Shown in pieces: positions 9,838 through 19,303 of a DNA stretch of 64,000 nt. The stretch lies in contig JBFXJT010000007.1 in the NCBI GenBank assembly GCA_050174575.1, positions 6,648 to 70,647 of the forward strand, read 5' to 3'. This DNA comes from Bacilli bacterium (GTDB lineage: Bacteria; Bacillota_I; Bacilli_A; ML615J-28; CAG-698). The notes under the pieces were generated by a model. That model was not told the origin of the DNA and searched no databases. It was given only the letters and a program-made list of their open reading frames with translations. The position numbers and the translations under genes were made by a program. The stretch's first letter is position 1. Each line of letters begins with the position of its first letter.

Positions 9838-10734
9838 TTATAAACTATTTTTCTTGAAAACAATGACGATATTTCCAGTCGATGTTTTAGCGGTAATATT
9901 TTTTGTTCCTTGTGGATTTAAAACTTGGCTGGCAATTTTTAATCCTTGATAAGTAATATCACCGGTGGAAACAGATACGTCAACACGATAATCATCTTCT
10001 TCTCCCAATAAGTCAATATAGACTGATCCGGTTGAAGTACTACTCGTAACGTCATCACTAGTTATATCATTTAAATCAATTGTTCCTGTTGATGATGTCC
10101 CAGATATTGTCGGAGCACTTACGACATTCATTTTGATTTTACCTGTTGAAGTGCTGGCTTTGATCTCTTGTGCTTGAATAGTGTCGAGATTAACCGATCC
10201 TGTTGCCGTTTGCGCCGTCAATTTGTTAATAATGGAACAATTGCTCACTGTTACATCACCGGTGGATGTTGTTAATTTTAAAGACGGAAGTTGCGTAAAA
10301 CCATCAATTTCTAACGAACCAGTATCTGTCTCGCCTACAATTAACCCATTATAGTTGACTGGAAGAACAACCTTAATTAGCGAAACCGCTTGACTTTTAT
10401 AACCCCAAATAAAGAATAATTGGCGACTTGTATTATCTAATGTTAATACTCCATCTACTAAAGAATAGCTAAAATAATCATATTCTGATTCATAATAGGT
10501 TAAGGTATATGTACTATCAAGTGATTCTTCAAAGATTATATTATGAGTTGATCCTTCAATATACACTTCAGTGATGGCTTCATTGCCTGTTTTTTGAACT
10601 AAAGTAAAATCGTCATCCCGTGAAAACGCTTCGTAAATGACTGTAATATCACCTTTTGTACCAATAAAACCCCAGGTTGCTAAACCAAATCCAACAACAA
10701 GGATGAGTATTAAGATTGTTTTGATTGTTTTCAT
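9838..10734 (-). CDS. DUF4097 / putative adhesin (LiaF-like beta-helix) domain protein with N-terminal TM anchor
   Basis: Repetitive STSTG...T.SGS beta-strand repeats typical of DUF4097. Start taken at the internal MKTIKTILIL (hydrophobic anchor), which abuts the DUF1700 stop. Confidence 0.6.
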   Translation of the reverse strand: MKTIKTILILILVVGFGLATWGFIGTKGDITVIYEAFSRDDDFTLVQKTGNEAITEVYIEGSTHNIIFEESLDSTYTLTYYESEYDYFSYSLVDGVLTLDNTSRQLFFIWGYKSQAVSLIKVVLPVNYNGLIVGETDTGSLEIDGFTQLPSLKLTTSTGDVTVSNCSIINKLTAQTATGSVNLDTIQAQEIKASTSTGKIKMNVVSAPTISGTSSTGTIDLNDITSDDVTSSTSTGSVYIDLLGEEDDYRVDVSVSTGDITYQGLKIASQVLNPQGTKNITAKTSTGNIVIVFKKNSL

Positions 10735-10735
10735 T

Positions 10736-11317
10736 TTATTTTTCCTCTGTTTTTCTTTTAATTCGTTTTGAAAAGTATGTATTAATGGCAGCAAGTGCTT
10801 TTTTCCCTAACTGGAATGTGACTAAAGACAAGTATCCAATCATAGCAAGAGCTATCATTGCAAGACCAATTGTTAATAATATGATTGGCAGTTGAACACC
10901 TGAAATAACCATGGATATCGCCATCGGAATTAAACTAACTAAAATAGCGACTGCCGATGCCACAAATGAAATCAGTAATGATAAAACAACTACAACTAAA
11001 GCAAAGGCAACTGCGCCAAGAGCGATGCCGATAGGAATTAAAATTGGCGAAGCACAAATACCCAAAATAATCCAAAAATTTTTGAGAGGGCTTGATGTTT
11101 GGTTGTTACTTCGGTTGATAACCAAATCAGCTGTTGTCTTACTTATAATGTTTTCGATAGTCCCGAATGATTCAATTGCTGCTTTTTCATCCAAGCCGTT
11201 TTCTTTTTTTTCTTCGATTAATTCGTCATAAAAGGCTATTATTCCGTCAACCTCTTCTTTTTTAAAAGCCTTTAACCGGCTTTTTAAAACCAATAAAAAT
11301 TCATTTTTGTTCATCAT
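10736..11317 (-). CDS. DUF1700 membrane protein
   Basis: N-terminal MNKNEFLLVLKSRLKAF...EEKKENG followed by a C-terminal TM bundle. Sits in the conserved PadR-DUF1700-DUF4097 arrangement. Confidence 0.6.
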   Translation of the reverse strand: MMNKNEFLLVLKSRLKAFKKEEVDGIIAFYDELIEEKKENGLDEKAAIESFGTIENIISKTTADLVINRSNNQTSSPLKNFWIILGICASPILIPIGIALGAVAFALVVVVLSLLISFVASAVAILVSLIPMAISMVISGVQLPIILLTIGLAMIALAMIGYLSLVTFQLGKKALAAINTYFSKRIKRKTEEK

Positions 11318-11624
11318 TAAATCTCCCTTTTATAAATTGATAAACCTTATCGATATCCTGCCATTCATCCAAAAAATCTTTAATTTGTTTTTGACCTTGA
11401 GGCGTGATTTGGTAATATTTTCGCAATCTCCCCTGATGTTCTAAAGAATAAGACCGCAAATATTCAGCTTTCTCTAATCGACGTAAAATGGGGTACAATG
11501 TTGATTCAGAAACTTGAACCAAGGCTTGTGTATCTTGTAAAAGCTTATACCCATAACTATCATCTTCGATTAAAGACGCTAAGACGCAAATGTCTAATAA
11601 TCCCTTTTTTATTTGAGTTTTCAT
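11301..11624 (-). CDS. PadR-family transcriptional regulator
   Basis: 107 aa. LLDICVLASLIEDDSYGYKLLQD...LYPILRRLEKAEYL is a PadR winged helix. Confidence 0.85.
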   Translation of the reverse strand: MKTQIKKGLLDICVLASLIEDDSYGYKLLQDTQALVQVSESTLYPILRRLEKAEYLRSYSLEHQGRLRKYYQITPQGQKQIKDFLDEWQDIDKVYQFIKGRFNDEQK

Positions 11625-11635
11625 TATATCACCTT

Positions 11636-11673
11636 ATGTATGGTATTATACATTACATAGTATTGATTGTCAA
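11636..11673 (-). promoter_or_regulatory. Sigma70 promoter of the padR operon with overlapping inverted repeat (candidate PadR operator)
   Basis: Minus strand reads TTGACA (11668-11673), a 17-nt spacer, then TATAAT (11645-11650). The inverted repeat ATGTA(11636-11640)...TACAT(11654-11658) brackets the -10 element. Confidence 0.6.
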
Positions 11674-11708
11674 GCATATATGCAAAATATTTTTGTTTTA
11701 CATATAAA

Positions 11709-11738
11709 AAACCTCCTATAAACAATAAAAGGAGGTTT
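11709..11738 (-). terminator. Hairpin after the LRR gene (weak terminator)
   Basis: AAACCUCC / GGAGGUUU stem of 8 bp with a 14-nt loop, 15 nt after the stop. The U-tract is modest. Confidence 0.35.
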
Positions 11739-11752
11739 TAATTAATAAATTG

Positions 11753-13435
11753 TCACTTTCTAATTTTTATATGGTCTACTAAATTGTCATGAAAAACATA
11801 CTTATTGTCAATTGGCATATCACCCCATCGACTTATACACTGATCATAAATTTCTTCATAAACGTAAATCGACAAATCTTCATTTAATTTTACATCAATT
11901 TTTTGTTGTTCATTCAAAATATTGGAAATATAAATAATAAAATTTCCGGAAAAAAGTCTTACTATTTCGCCTTGTCTTAAATCATAATAAACATGAACTA
12001 AGTTGTGGCACTGGATAAAAGCTCCTGTTTCAACGGATTTAATCGTTGAAGAAAGGTATATTGTCTCTAAATCAAAACAATTTGCGAAAGCGGAAGCTTT
12101 TATTGTTTCACAACCTTCACCAAAAACAATTTCCAATAGACAATCTACATTGTCAAAAGCTCCAGTACTGATCTCCTTTGATGAAATGGTTAACTTATTA
12201 ATTGATGCATAATTAAAAGTTTTTGTTAGAACGACTTTTGCAGCAATATTTGCTTGATTTATTTTTGCATTAAAAAAGGCAAATTCAGAAATAGTATCAA
12301 CATGATTCCCGATAATCAAATTATCAAACGTTCGGCCAGCACATGAATATTCGCCAATTTTGTAAAAAACTTGAAAATCAGTTATGTCTGCATTACTTAG
12401 AATTAAATGATTTTGATTGTTTTCATTTACTACCAAAGAACCTTCTATTACATTATAAATGCTTTCATTACTAACTGTCATATTTTTTAGAGGGCAGCCA
12501 ATAAAGGCTTCTGCATTAACAAGAAGATTAGTTCCAAAAAAAACATTATTTAAATTAGAACAATTGAAAAAGGCATTTCTACCAAAAACGATATTTTGGT
12601 TGGGGAAGTTAATTTCTAAAAGATTAATACAGTTACTAAAGGCATTATCACCTATTTCTTTCATATTTGAAGTAAAATCAATTTTCGTTAATCCTGAATT
12701 TTCAAAAGCTTGGCTATTGATTATTTCAAGTGTTTCAGGAAAATTGATACTCGTTAATGAAGTACATCCAAAAAAGCAATTCCTACCAATTTCAGTTAAT
12801 TGTAAGGGAAGAGTAACGTTTGTTAACTGTAAACAATCATAGAATAAGTAGTCAGGAATAGTTGTGAAATTGTTTAAAAAAGTTACAGATGATATATCCG
12901 TGCTAGCGAAAGAAGAATCGGAAACTTCTACATCTTCTAGAACAATATTGCCTGATAATTTTGTACTCTGATATGCTCCAATCCCAATAAACTTAATATT
13001 TTCTGGGAGATTAATGACCGCTTCATTGTCATAAAACGCTTCTTGGCCTATATATTCAACACTATCAGCAATATTTACATTAAGCAGACCACTTTCAAAA
13101 AAAGCTTGATCTTCAATGATTTTTAGTCCCTCTTCGATAGTAAGGGATTCAATCGGTAAATTAACATCAGCCCCCCAGATACCATGATTCATCTTAAAAG
13201 CTTCACTTTTGATGGTAGAGACTTGTTTATTATTATGATAGGCAGGGATAAGGATATCTTTTACATAAAGCCCCGAAAATCCAGTCACTGCATAAGTATC
13301 ATCATCTAGGAGTTCAAACTCTAAATAATCATGGGGATTGGTACTTTTACTATAGCGCCCACCACATGCTGTCAACATTGTCAACAAAAAAAATATACTA
13401 ATAAAAAATGTAAAAAATAAAGTGACTTTCTTCAT
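11753..13435 (-). CDS. BspA-type leucine-rich-repeat (LRR_5) surface lipoprotein
   Basis: Signal peptide with lipobox LLTMLTAC. Tandem ~22-aa repeats of the form I...AF..C..L..I.FP... Confidence 0.75.
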   Translation of the reverse strand: MKKVTLFFTFFISIFFLLTMLTACGGRYSKSTNPHDYLEFELLDDDTYAVTGFSGLYVKDILIPAYHNNKQVSTIKSEAFKMNHGIWGADVNLPIESLTIEEGLKIIEDQAFFESGLLNVNIADSVEYIGQEAFYDNEAVINLPENIKFIGIGAYQSTKLSGNIVLEDVEVSDSSFASTDISSVTFLNNFTTIPDYLFYDCLQLTNVTLPLQLTEIGRNCFFGCTSLTSINFPETLEIINSQAFENSGLTKIDFTSNMKEIGDNAFSNCINLLEINFPNQNIVFGRNAFFNCSNLNNVFFGTNLLVNAEAFIGCPLKNMTVSNESIYNVIEGSLVVNENNQNHLILSNADITDFQVFYKIGEYSCAGRTFDNLIIGNHVDTISEFAFFNAKINQANIAAKVVLTKTFNYASINKLTISSKEISTGAFDNVDCLLEIVFGEGCETIKASAFANCFDLETIYLSSTIKSVETGAFIQCHNLVHVYYDLRQGEIVRLFSGNFIIYISNILNEQQKIDVKLNEDLSIYVYEEIYDQCISRWGDMPIDNKYVFHDNLVDHIKIRK

Positions 13436-13569
13436 TAAAAATAAACTCCAATACTTTGAGAAATTTTTATACTTTCGATTTTTATATCATAATTGTTTTT
13501 AATCCATTTTATTTTTTGAAAAAAAGCTTTAATACAAATTAATTTTGCATTAAAGCGTTTGTCTCTAAA

Positions 13570-13644
13570 TGGTGGAATCAGAGGGGTTTGAACCCACGAC
13601 CCCTTGCACGTCAAGCAAGTGCTCTCCCGCTGAGCTATGATTCC
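13570..13644 (-). tRNA. tRNA-Val (anticodon GAC)
   Basis: 75 nt: GGAATCA-TA-GCTC-AGCGGGA-GAGC-A-CTTGC-TTGACGT-GCAAG-...-TTCAAAC-...-TGATTCC-ACCA. The acceptor, D and anticodon stems pair perfectly; there is one T-stem mismatch; CCA is encoded. Confidence 0.85.
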
Positions 13645-13702
13645 AAGCAAAGTAATTATACTAAAATGAAAAGCAAATTGCAATCCTAATTTAATTACTC
13701 AT

Positions 13703-13727
13703 CAAAAAATGGCACCTTTTGGTGCCA
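13703..13727 (-). terminator. Rho-independent terminator of the lysine-fermentation operon
   Basis: UGGCACC-aaaa-GGUGCCA followed by UUUUUU, located between the kamE stop (13732) and tRNA-Val. Confidence 0.8.
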
Positions 13728-13731
13728 CTTT

Positions 13732-14469
13732 CTATTCATTCAATTGCTTTCTTCTAATTAATTCTAAAACAGCAAAAGATGCTACATCTTCGGCATATTT
13801 CTTTTGACCGAATCCAGCATCATACCCCAATTCTTTTGCAAGTTCATGAGTTATTCTGGCTCCTCCGGCAATCAAAAGGACTTGATCTCTAATCCCTTCC
13901 GCTTCTAACATTTCCACAAGTTCTAATAAATTTTTCAAATGAACGTCTTTTTGTGTTACTGTTTGGCTAACAAGCAAAACATCCGCTTTAACTTCTTTAG
14001 CTTTTTTCACAAAAGCTTCATTGGAAACTTGACTACCTAAATTGTAAGTTTTGATGTTTTTATAGCGTTCTAAACCATAATGACCAGCAAAACCCTTCAT
14101 GTTCATAATGGCATCGATCCCAACAGTATGGGCATCAGTTCCTGTAGAAGCACCAATAAAAACAATTTCTCTTTTCAATTCGTTTTCAATCATTATTTCT
14201 ATTTCTTCTTTTGTATAAGTCGGAGTTGTGACATCACTAACATGAATAAGATTAGGATCAACAGAAAAAGGAATGGATCCATAAATAACATAAAAGCTAA
14301 AATTATCGCCCAAGGTCTCAGCTGCAACAACTTGAGGATCAATCAAACCCATTTGTTTTGCAAGAGACTTAGCGCATTCAATTCCTAGCGTGTTATTAAC
14401 AAGCGGTAAAGAAAAACTTATTTGGACTTTACCATCATTTGATGTATCGCCATAAGGTTTAATCAACAT
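13732..14469 (-). CDS. kamE: Lysine 5,6-aminomutase beta subunit (B12-binding)
   Basis: 245 aa. B12-binding Rossmann domain with DxHxxG motif (GTDAHTVGIDAI). Overlaps kamD. Confidence 0.85.
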   Translation of the reverse strand: MLIKPYGDTSNDGKVQISFSLPLVNNTLGIECAKSLAKQMGLIDPQVVAAETLGDNFSFYVIYGSIPFSVDPNLIHVSDVTTPTYTKEEIEIMIENELKREIVFIGASTGTDAHTVGIDAIMNMKGFAGHYGLERYKNIKTYNLGSQVSNEAFVKKAKEVKADVLLVSQTVTQKDVHLKNLLELVEMLEAEGIRDQVLLIAGGARITHELAKELGYDAGFGQKKYAEDVASFAVLELIRRKQLNE

Positions 14470-16015
14470 GTTCTTCCTCCTCTAAAGCATCCATAACAAC
14501 ATTAACATAATTGTGGTGCTTTAAAAAAACGCCTTCTAATCCTTTTCCTCCAGTAAAACTGCGTTTGATGTCCGCAAATACGCCGTTTTCTAAAGCTTTG
14601 AATAGCGACATTTGTTCGATTTCTTGCAATAATTGATGAGCTTCGTTCAAAACATTTTTAGCTCTTTTTGCCATGATTCCATTTTGTTTATATTCAATTT
14701 CATCACCGAATGACTTCATCGAATTAGCAATCAATTTTGCATTTTCAATTGCTAAGTAGCGATCAGACATAAATGGTGTATGAATGGCTTCCGTCATCAT
14801 CCCCAACAGATGAATTGATTGATTAGAGATGATTGTTGCCATATTGAACATTGTGTTTTGCATATAAGCTCGGAAAATATTCCCAGTTATATGTTTTGTT
14901 GGTGGCATATATTTTAAAGGAGCCTCAGGGAAAATTTCTCTAGCCATTTGAGCTTGGGCTAATTCATACAAAAAACTATTTTCAATTGTCGGATCAATTT
15001 CAAAAGCATGGCCTAAACCCATTAAATTTTTTGGGAGGTGAGCTTTTATGGCGAATTGTTCATTAATAAATTGTGAAGCTAAAACGGTATGAGCTTGCGA
15101 ATAGGCATCAGCTGTTGTTAAGTAATTATCTTCACCGGTATTAATGATGATTCCCGCTAAAGCATTAATCCTTCTTGAAAAATTTTGATCAATTAGCGTT
15201 CTTTGCATATTAATATCACGGAAAATTATGCCATAAAGACTATCATTGAGTAAAACGTCGAGCCTTTCCAAAGCAGCCATTGCGGCGATTTCCGGCATAC
15301 ATAAACCCGATGCATAATTGACTAATTTTATATACCTTTTTTCCTGATGAGAAACCTGATCAAGTGCTTCACGCATAATGCGAAAGTTTTCTTGGGTGGC
15401 ATAAGTTCCGCCAAATCCCTCAGTTGTCGCCCCAAAAGGAACAAAATCTAATAAAGACTGCCCTGTTGACCTAATAACGGCAATAATATCAGCACCAGCC
15501 TTGGCAGCAGCTTTAGCTTGGATGACATCTTCATAGATGTTACCCGTTGCTACAATAACATAAATTTCAGTTGCTTTAGGTGGATATAGAGTAAACAAAG
15601 CTGCTCTTTTTTGTTTGTTTTGTTTAATTTTTTCTATTTGTTTTTGAACATATGGCTGTAAACTTAATTTAATATTTTTAGGAGATGCTAACGGAAAATC
15701 CGTTAATTTCATATCACCATTTAGGACGCTAGCCACCAAATCATTTAATGTTTTTTTAGTAGCAATCAAGGCACTCCCTAGATAACTGGAAACACCCAAA
15801 GTCAAATCGCCACTTTCTTTAACTTGGTTGACTAGTACATTAGGGATTGGCACGTCGAAGTCATCGACGCCATCAATTCCTAATAATCGAACAACAGTCC
15901 GCTCAATGGCAACGGTCGTGCGTTCGTTGATAAAGTTCTGAACATCATCAGCAATATGCAAGGCACATTGGCGACATTCATTGATAATATTTTGATCTAA
16001 ATGGAATTTATTCAT
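14459..16015 (-). CDS. kamD: Lysine 5,6-aminomutase alpha subunit
   Basis: 518 aa, the size and composition of the KamD/OraE-type TIM-barrel alpha subunit. Sits between the embedded P-loop gene and kamE. Confidence 0.8.
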   Translation of the reverse strand: MNKFHLDQNIINECRQCALHIADDVQNFINERTTVAIERTVVRLLGIDGVDDFDVPIPNVLVNQVKESGDLTLGVSSYLGSALIATKKTLNDLVASVLNGDMKLTDFPLASPKNIKLSLQPYVQKQIEKIKQNKQKRAALFTLYPPKATEIYVIVATGNIYEDVIQAKAAAKAGADIIAVIRSTGQSLLDFVPFGATTEGFGGTYATQENFRIMREALDQVSHQEKRYIKLVNYASGLCMPEIAAMAALERLDVLLNDSLYGIIFRDINMQRTLIDQNFSRRINALAGIIINTGEDNYLTTADAYSQAHTVLASQFINEQFAIKAHLPKNLMGLGHAFEIDPTIENSFLYELAQAQMAREIFPEAPLKYMPPTKHITGNIFRAYMQNTMFNMATIISNQSIHLLGMMTEAIHTPFMSDRYLAIENAKLIANSMKSFGDEIEYKQNGIMAKRAKNVLNEAHQLLQEIEQMSLFKALENGVFADIKRSFTGGKGLEGVFLKHHNYVNVVMDALEEEEHVD

Positions 16016-16016
16016 A

Positions 16017-17000
16017 TTAATTACTCTTTTCTAAAACATCGTATATCGGTAAAGTTATTCTATCTTCTATTTTATTACGAAAATTTGCTAAAGAAATGAC
16101 ATTTCCAGTAGGAGAGAATGGATTAAAAGTTAAGGCAACAAGATTTATTGGTTGAAGTACAAAAATTTTTTGTTTTAAAAGCAACAAATGTTTTAACAAA
16201 ATATCATCAGCTAATAAATGTGTAGGACTATTAACGATTAAATCACAATTTAAGTTTTGACGATTGTCAATTAAGGCTTTTAAAAATGATGGACTAACCG
16301 CTTTAGGAACATATACATAACGAATATTTTGCTTAATTTGGGAAATTATGTCTGCTCCACAATCTAGTGTTGTCGTTCTTTTTAAGAATGACATTTTATT
16401 TTGATCATCAATTAAAACAATGTCATCCCATTCTTTTAAGTCAAGTGTCCCATTATATTTTGGCAAATTGAATAATTTGATGGTGTTTAAAGTATGTAGA
16501 ACAATTTTGTCAAGTTGATAGGAAAAACTAGAACCAACACAAAAAATCGTGGCATCACAAATTTGTGCAAGGGTTGTTCGGGAAAAAGCTCCATCAATCA
16601 ATATTTTTTGACATTCATATTCTTTTAATTTATCAATAATCATCCGCATTGATTGAATTGTCGATGGTCCCCCAACAAGACAGTTGCCGGCTTTGGTAAT
16701 TTTGATTAACACAATGGGACCTAATGCGGTCACAATCTTTGTTTCTTCGATAATGTCATATTGGGCTTCACATTCATCCAAACAATTTTTAGCGGTTGCA
16801 ACAATGGTGTTTGTGGAAGTAAAAATCCTTGGTTTCGGCAAGAAAGTGATTTGATCAATTTTTTCGCCATCAAGGCCAATAGAAGAAATACCCGTTGTAA
16901 TCGATTGATATTGTGTTAACAAAAAATTTAAAACTGTTGTTTTCCCTGCATTTTTTGCATTGCCAACTGTACAAATTACTTGATAATCTTCAAGTAATGA
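16017..17000 (-). CDS. CbiA/CobQ-like P-loop ATPase embedded in the kam operon (candidate aminomutase chaperone/reactivase); start codon unresolved
   Basis: The first canonical start (TTG, complement of 16920-16922) lies downstream of a Walker-A-like segment VICTVGNAKNAGKTTVLNF. That segment is in frame and stop-free back into the kamA 3' end, and the only in-frame initiator candidate there is ATT. Coordinates include the upstream extension. Confidence 0.55.
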   Translation of the reverse strand, partial: SLLEDYQVICTVGNAKNAGKTTVLNFLLTQYQSITTGISSIGLDGEKIDQITFLPKPRIFTSTNTIVATAKNCLDECEAQYDIIEETKIVTALGPIVLIKITKAGNCLVGGPSTIQSMRMIIDKLKEYECQKILIDGAFSRTTLAQICDATIFCVGSSFSYQLDKIVLHTLNTIKLFNLPKYNGTLDLKEWDDIVLIDDQNKMSFLKRTTTLDCGADIISQIKQNIRYVYVPKAVSPSFLKALIDNRQNLNCDLIVNSPTHLLADDILLKHLLLLKQKIFVLQPINLVALTFNPFSPTGNVISLANFRNKIEDRITLPIYDVLEKSN

Positions 17001-17002
17001 AG

Positions 17003-18259
17003 TTAATGCTTTAATGCTCGTTCTCGTCTTTCTAAATGTTTGGGTTCGATTGCTCTTTGTTTGCCGGCAAGTAATCCACTAACACCTTCAGCTTCTTTAC
17101 TAGTACTGCAATTTGGATTTTCATGATAATCAGTTGGTTCATTGTAAGTGGTAATAACACCTTCATAATTTCTCAAAACAACTTTTCCCGGTGCTTGTGA
17201 AATTACATAGTTAGGCATAACGGGGATTTTACCTCCACCACCAGGAGCATCAACGACAAATGTCGGAACGCATAACCCACTAATGTGACCACGTAAACCT
17301 TCGATAATTTCAATACCTTTACTAATTGGTGTTCGGAAATGCTCAATACCAAGAGAAAGATCACATTGGTATAAATAGTATGGGCGAACACGCATTTGCA
17401 CTAAGCACGTGCATAATTTTCGCATTGTATCGACACAGTCATTAACGCCTCTTAAAAGAACACTTTGATTTCCCAAAGGAATTCCGGCATCAGCCATTTT
17501 CGCAATAGCCTTGGCACTTTCTTCAGTTATTTCATCATAATGGTTAAAATGAGTATTTACCCAAATAGGATGATATTTTTTTAACATTGAAACAAGTTCG
17601 TCCGTAATTCTTTGAGGCATAACAACGGGTGTCCTTGTGCCAATGCGGATAATTTCTACATGGTCAATTGCTCTTAAACGAGAAATGATTGATTCCAATT
17701 TCGCATCACTCATTAATAAAGCATCACCACCGGATAACAAGACATCTCGAACAGCAGGTGTTTTGCGAATATACTCAATTGCTTGTTCAATGCGATCACT
17801 TGGTAAATCATGGTCTGTTTGTCCTGCAAAACGTCTTCTTGTACAATGACGGCAATACATACTACACATATCCGTAATCAAAAACAAAACACGGTCAGGA
17901 TAACGATGTGTTAATCCAGGTACAGGTGAATCCTTATCTTCATCAAGCGGATCAACAAGATCGTTCTTGCCAATGATCATTTCATTAATGCTCGGGATAG
18001 CCTGTTTTCTAATTGGGCAATCAACGTTGTCTGGATCGATTAAACACAAAAAATAAGGTGTAATGGCCATCCGAAAACGTGATAGTACTTCAGTAATCTG
18101 TTGTTCTTCTTCGCTCGTTAAATTGATATATTTTTTAAGTTGCAAGACATCGGTAATCCGGTTTCGAACCTGCCAATGCCAGTCTTGCCAATCTGTTGAA
18201 GAGACATTAGGAAAATACTTTTGTTTTCTTTCTAAATATCTTTCATTTACTATTAACAT
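17003..18259 (-). CDS. kamA: L-lysine 2,3-aminomutase (radical SAM)
   Basis: 418 aa. Radical-SAM cluster motif CSMYCRHCTRRR (CxxxCxxC) with KamA-like flanks. Confidence 0.92.
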   Translation of the reverse strand: MLIVNERYLERKQKYFPNVSSTDWQDWHWQVRNRITDVLQLKKYINLTSEEEQQITEVLSRFRMAITPYFLCLIDPDNVDCPIRKQAIPSINEMIIGKNDLVDPLDEDKDSPVPGLTHRYPDRVLFLITDMCSMYCRHCTRRRFAGQTDHDLPSDRIEQAIEYIRKTPAVRDVLLSGGDALLMSDAKLESIISRLRAIDHVEIIRIGTRTPVVMPQRITDELVSMLKKYHPIWVNTHFNHYDEITEESAKAIAKMADAGIPLGNQSVLLRGVNDCVDTMRKLCTCLVQMRVRPYYLYQCDLSLGIEHFRTPISKGIEIIEGLRGHISGLCVPTFVVDAPGGGGKIPVMPNYVISQAPGKVVLRNYEGVITTYNEPTDYHENPNCSTSKEAEGVSGLLAGKQRAIEPKHLERRERALKH

Positions 18260-18262
18260 AAT

Positions 18263-19303
18263 TTACTCCTTCGGTTGATATCTTTTTACAAATAGATCAT
18301 AAAGCGGTTTTGATTCCCTTAAAAGGCTCAAGGTTAAATCGGCGTGTCCCGGAGTATAACCGTTACCGATAATCATGGTAGCTTCACTGGCAATGCCTTC
18401 AGCACCTAAAGCAGCTTTTGTGAAAGAAGTTGCCATACTGAAGAAATAAACAATACCGCTTGGTTTGGTTGCTAAAATCGATGTCATTTCTGTATTTGGA
18501 ACATTAACGACATTAATTGTGACATCAACTTGTTGATTATTATTGACTCGCATGATTTCTTGATAGACTGCCATCGGATCTCTAGCATCTGCTACAATGA
18601 TTTCGTCACAGACTCCGAGTGATTGCAAATCTTCAAGTTTATTGGTATTACTTATTAGCGCTATGATTTTGCCATTTGGACCGGCGTTCTTGTGAGCTTG
18701 ATAGCAGCATAATACACCACTTTTACCAGCTGCCCCTAGCACCAAAACAGTATTGTTAGGTTTAACCAATTTTTCAACTTGTGCAGGTGCACCAGCAACA
18801 TCTAAAGCAGATAATACTAAATGTTCACTTAAGTCATTGGGGATTTTCGCATAAATGCCCGTAGCAAATAAGATTGCTTCTGCTTCAACATCAACTTGAT
18901 CTTTATGCAAATGAATTTGTTTGATCGCTTTTATTTTTAATGGTGTTAGTGATAAAGAAACTAAAGTCACAATTTTATCACCAATTTTTAAATCGCATTT
19001 TAAGTCTTTTCCTATTTGTTTAATAACACCTAAAAGCATTCCCCCACTACCTGTTACAGGGTTTTGCATTTTTCCGCGTTTATTGACAATATCCATAATC
19101 ATCGTTTTCATGGCTTCCACATCACTATTAGTTGCTTGTTTAATTTGGGTAAAAGATGCGGAATCGATATTTAATGTTTTTACATCAATTAAAATTTCAT
19201 TGTCTTGGCAAATCATCGTATTATCTAATTGATCTGCAGCTTGAGGGAGAACACCTACCGGACTAATGACACGGTGAGTTCCATAAGGGCATGGCTTTTT
19301 CAT
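18263..19303 (-). CDS. kdd: L-erythro-3,5-diaminohexanoate dehydrogenase
   Basis: 346 aa NAD(P)-dependent dehydrogenase in the canonical position between kamA and kce. Rossmann GAAGKSG. Confidence 0.7.
   Translation of the reverse strand: MKKPCPYGTHRVISPVGVLPQAADQLDNTMICQDNEILIDVKTLNIDSASFTQIKQATNSDVEAMKTMIMDIVNKRGKMQNPVTGSGGMLLGVIKQIGKDLKCDLKIGDKIVTLVSLSLTPLKIKAIKQIHLHKDQVDVEAEAILFATGIYAKIPNDLSEHLVLSALDVAGAPAQVEKLVKPNNTVLVLGAAGKSGVLCCYQAHKNAGPNGKIIALISNTNKLEDLQSLGVCDEIIVADARDPMAVYQEIMRVNNNQQVDVTINVVNVPNTEMTSILATKPSGIVYFFSMATSFTKAALGAEGIASEATMIIGNGYTPGHADLTLSLLRESKPLYDLFVKRYQPKE

Noticed and set aside
9487-9843. Three mutually overlapping small ORFs in the malQ upstream gap
   Set aside because: Only the 83-88-aa minus-strand one (two TM helices, RBS before the second ATG) looks plausible and was kept at low confidence. 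The 66-aa and 97-aa ORFs are low-complexity and overlap it.
11725-11760. Perfect Shine-Dalgarno AAAGGAGGT on the plus strand at ~11728
   Set aside because: No ATG or GTG follows at useful spacing; the nearest TTG gives an 11-codon ORF. The sequence is the 3' arm of the minus-strand terminator hairpin.
13435-13683. 82-aa minus-strand ORF from the six-frame track
   Set aside because: It completely overlaps tRNA-Val and the operon terminator, and has no RBS; spurious.
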